64,000 nucleotides of DNA from the human T2T-CHM13v2.0 reference genome, Homo sapiens, in NCBI RefSeq assembly GCF_009914755.1, contig NC_060929.1, one strand, 5' to 3'. Each line of letters starts with the position of its first letter. Within the stretch, counting starts at the first letter, position 1. This document shows positions 62,300-64,000 of this stretch, piece by piece. A model generated the notes under the pieces. It ran no database searches and was not told where the DNA came from. It worked only from the letters and a program-made list of their open reading frames with translations. Made by a program: the position numbers and the translations under genes.

Positions 62300-63990
62300 T
62301 CTCTTCAAACCTCCAGGCTTGACTGAGAAAAAACAACTCAAAAAGAAGTTCATCTAACTACCACCCATTGCATCACCTATTGTACTTGTGCCTGGATGTA
62401 AGATATTCCACTTCCTCCTGTTATAATGAAAGGATGTGATTTTATCTGGGGCTAGATCTCCACTTGTGTGCTTTGGATTTCATTGACTCCTGCCTAGAGT
62501 CAATGCAGGATGAGGATGCAGGAGAGAAAGAGAAGAATTGTGGGAGTAGTTATTCTCAGTAGCATATAGTGCTGTAATGTCACCTACTTTAAAAAGTTCT
62601 TTTGTCATTCCCTTCCAGGCATTGCCTCATTTCTTTACATTTACTCACCTTTACAGCAAAACCCTTCCATATGATTGCCTGTATTCACCATCTCCATTTC
62701 CTCACCTACGATTCTAACTTGAATCCACTCCAGCAGGCTTGCATTCCACCATTATCCTATCTGTTCCTGCCAAGGTGATCCATGACTCTATTGTACCAAA
62801 TCCAATGGTCAGTCCTCAGTCTTCATAACATACACATGCTCATCACAGCATAACTCCCTTGAAACACACTCTTCTTTTAGCTTCAAGAATATCTCTCTTT
62901 ATCCTAATTTTTTCCTATCTTTCAGGTTATTCCTCCTTGGTCTCCTTTATTGGTTTCTTCTCTCCTTACTGATCTTTAAATGTTGGAGTGCTTCAGGACT
63001 CCAATCTTGACCTCTTCTCTGTCTATACCACCTCTTGGTAATTTCATCCAGTTTCCTGGATTAATACAGTTCATATGGTGACGATACCCAAATCGATATC
63101 TCTAGCTTAGGCCTCTCCTTTGACTCCAGACCTGTTTATCTAACTGCTTACTTGACTTCTCTACTTACACATCTAACAGTATTTTAAACTTAAATCACCC
63201 CCCAATCTGCTCCCTGCCTTGCCCGAAGTCTCTTCTCTTCTAACAGTATTTTAAACTTAAATCACCCCCCAATCTGCTCCCTGCCTTGCCTGAAGTCTCT
63301 TCTCTTGTAGTGCATTAGTTTCATATTGCTGTAGTAACCAATTATTAGAGATTTGATGGCTTAAAACAACACATTTATTCTCTTACAGTTCTGGAGACCA
63401 GAAAGCCAAAATCAATTGAAACCAGCACTCCTTCTAGAGGTTCTAGGGGAGAGTATGGTTCCATGCCTTTTTCCAGTCTCCAGAGCTGCATTTCTTGTAT
63501 CCCTTGGCTTCTGGCCCCTTCATCCCATCTTCAAAGACAGCAATTCAGCATCTTGTTTCAGTTCTCACATTGCCTTTTTCATCTTTGCAGTCAAATTTTT
63601 CTTTGCCTCCCTCTTATAAGGACATTTGTGATTGCATTTAGGGCCCATCCAGGTAATCCAGGATAATCTCATTTAAAAATCCTTAATTGAAACACATCTG
63701 CAAAGTCCCTTTTGCTATATAAGGCGACATCCACAGGTTCTGTGGATTAGGATGTAGACATCTTGGGGGCTATTATTTAGCCTACCACACATTGTAAATG
63801 GTATCACCCTTCTATAGTTGCTTAAGTTAAAAGACAACTTAAATCCTTTTTACCTCAAGCCTTATATTCAATCTGTCAGAAAGAATCTATCAGAAAGTCT
63901 TTCAGGCTTCATGTTTAAAATATGTCAAGAAACTGATCCTTTTTCACCACTCCCACTGCTGTTGTCATCTCTTGCCTGGATTACATCAGA
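62300..63990 (+). mobile_element. L2 fragments interrupted by an MLT1C/D-like LTR (63311-63789, -)
   Basis: L2 motifs (ccaaatccaatggtcagt, ctcttgcctggattac) and MLT1 motif ggcttaaaacaacacatttattctcttacagttctggag. Confidence 0.65.
63172..63306. repeat. 67-bp tandem duplication (2 copies, 1 mismatch)
   Basis: tctaacagtattttaaacttaaatcacccccc...gaagtctcttctct repeated with period 67. Confidence 0.95.
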
Positions 63991-64000
63991 CCAGATCCCT

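Overview
Human/primate genomic DNA containing the 3' end of FSTL4 (follistatin-like 4) on the minus strand. Three coding exons are visible (58037-57930, 49792-49683, 47547-46845), followed by a long transposon-poor 3' UTR with three candidate poly(A) signals (ATTAAA ~46240, AATAAA ~44230, distal AATAAA ~41172). Bases ~1-40700 are repeat-dense intergenic DNA with many Alus, old L1M fragments, MaLR/ERVL LTRs, Tigger3 MITEs, an RPL6 processed pseudogene and two primate L1s. The most interesting signals are these two L1s, which both look like retrocopies of alternatively processed L1 RNAs. One is an L1PA2-like element with a precisely spliced-out 5'UTR intron (SpIRE 97/622 type) and an intact ORF1. 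The other is an older L1PA ending in a poly(A) tail 19 nt after an internal ORF2 AATAAA (premature polyadenylation); it sits in a target site hit three times and keeps an ORF0-like frame. I see no evidence of a wholly new multi-gene system. Repeat subfamily names are from memory of consensus sequences, not from a search.
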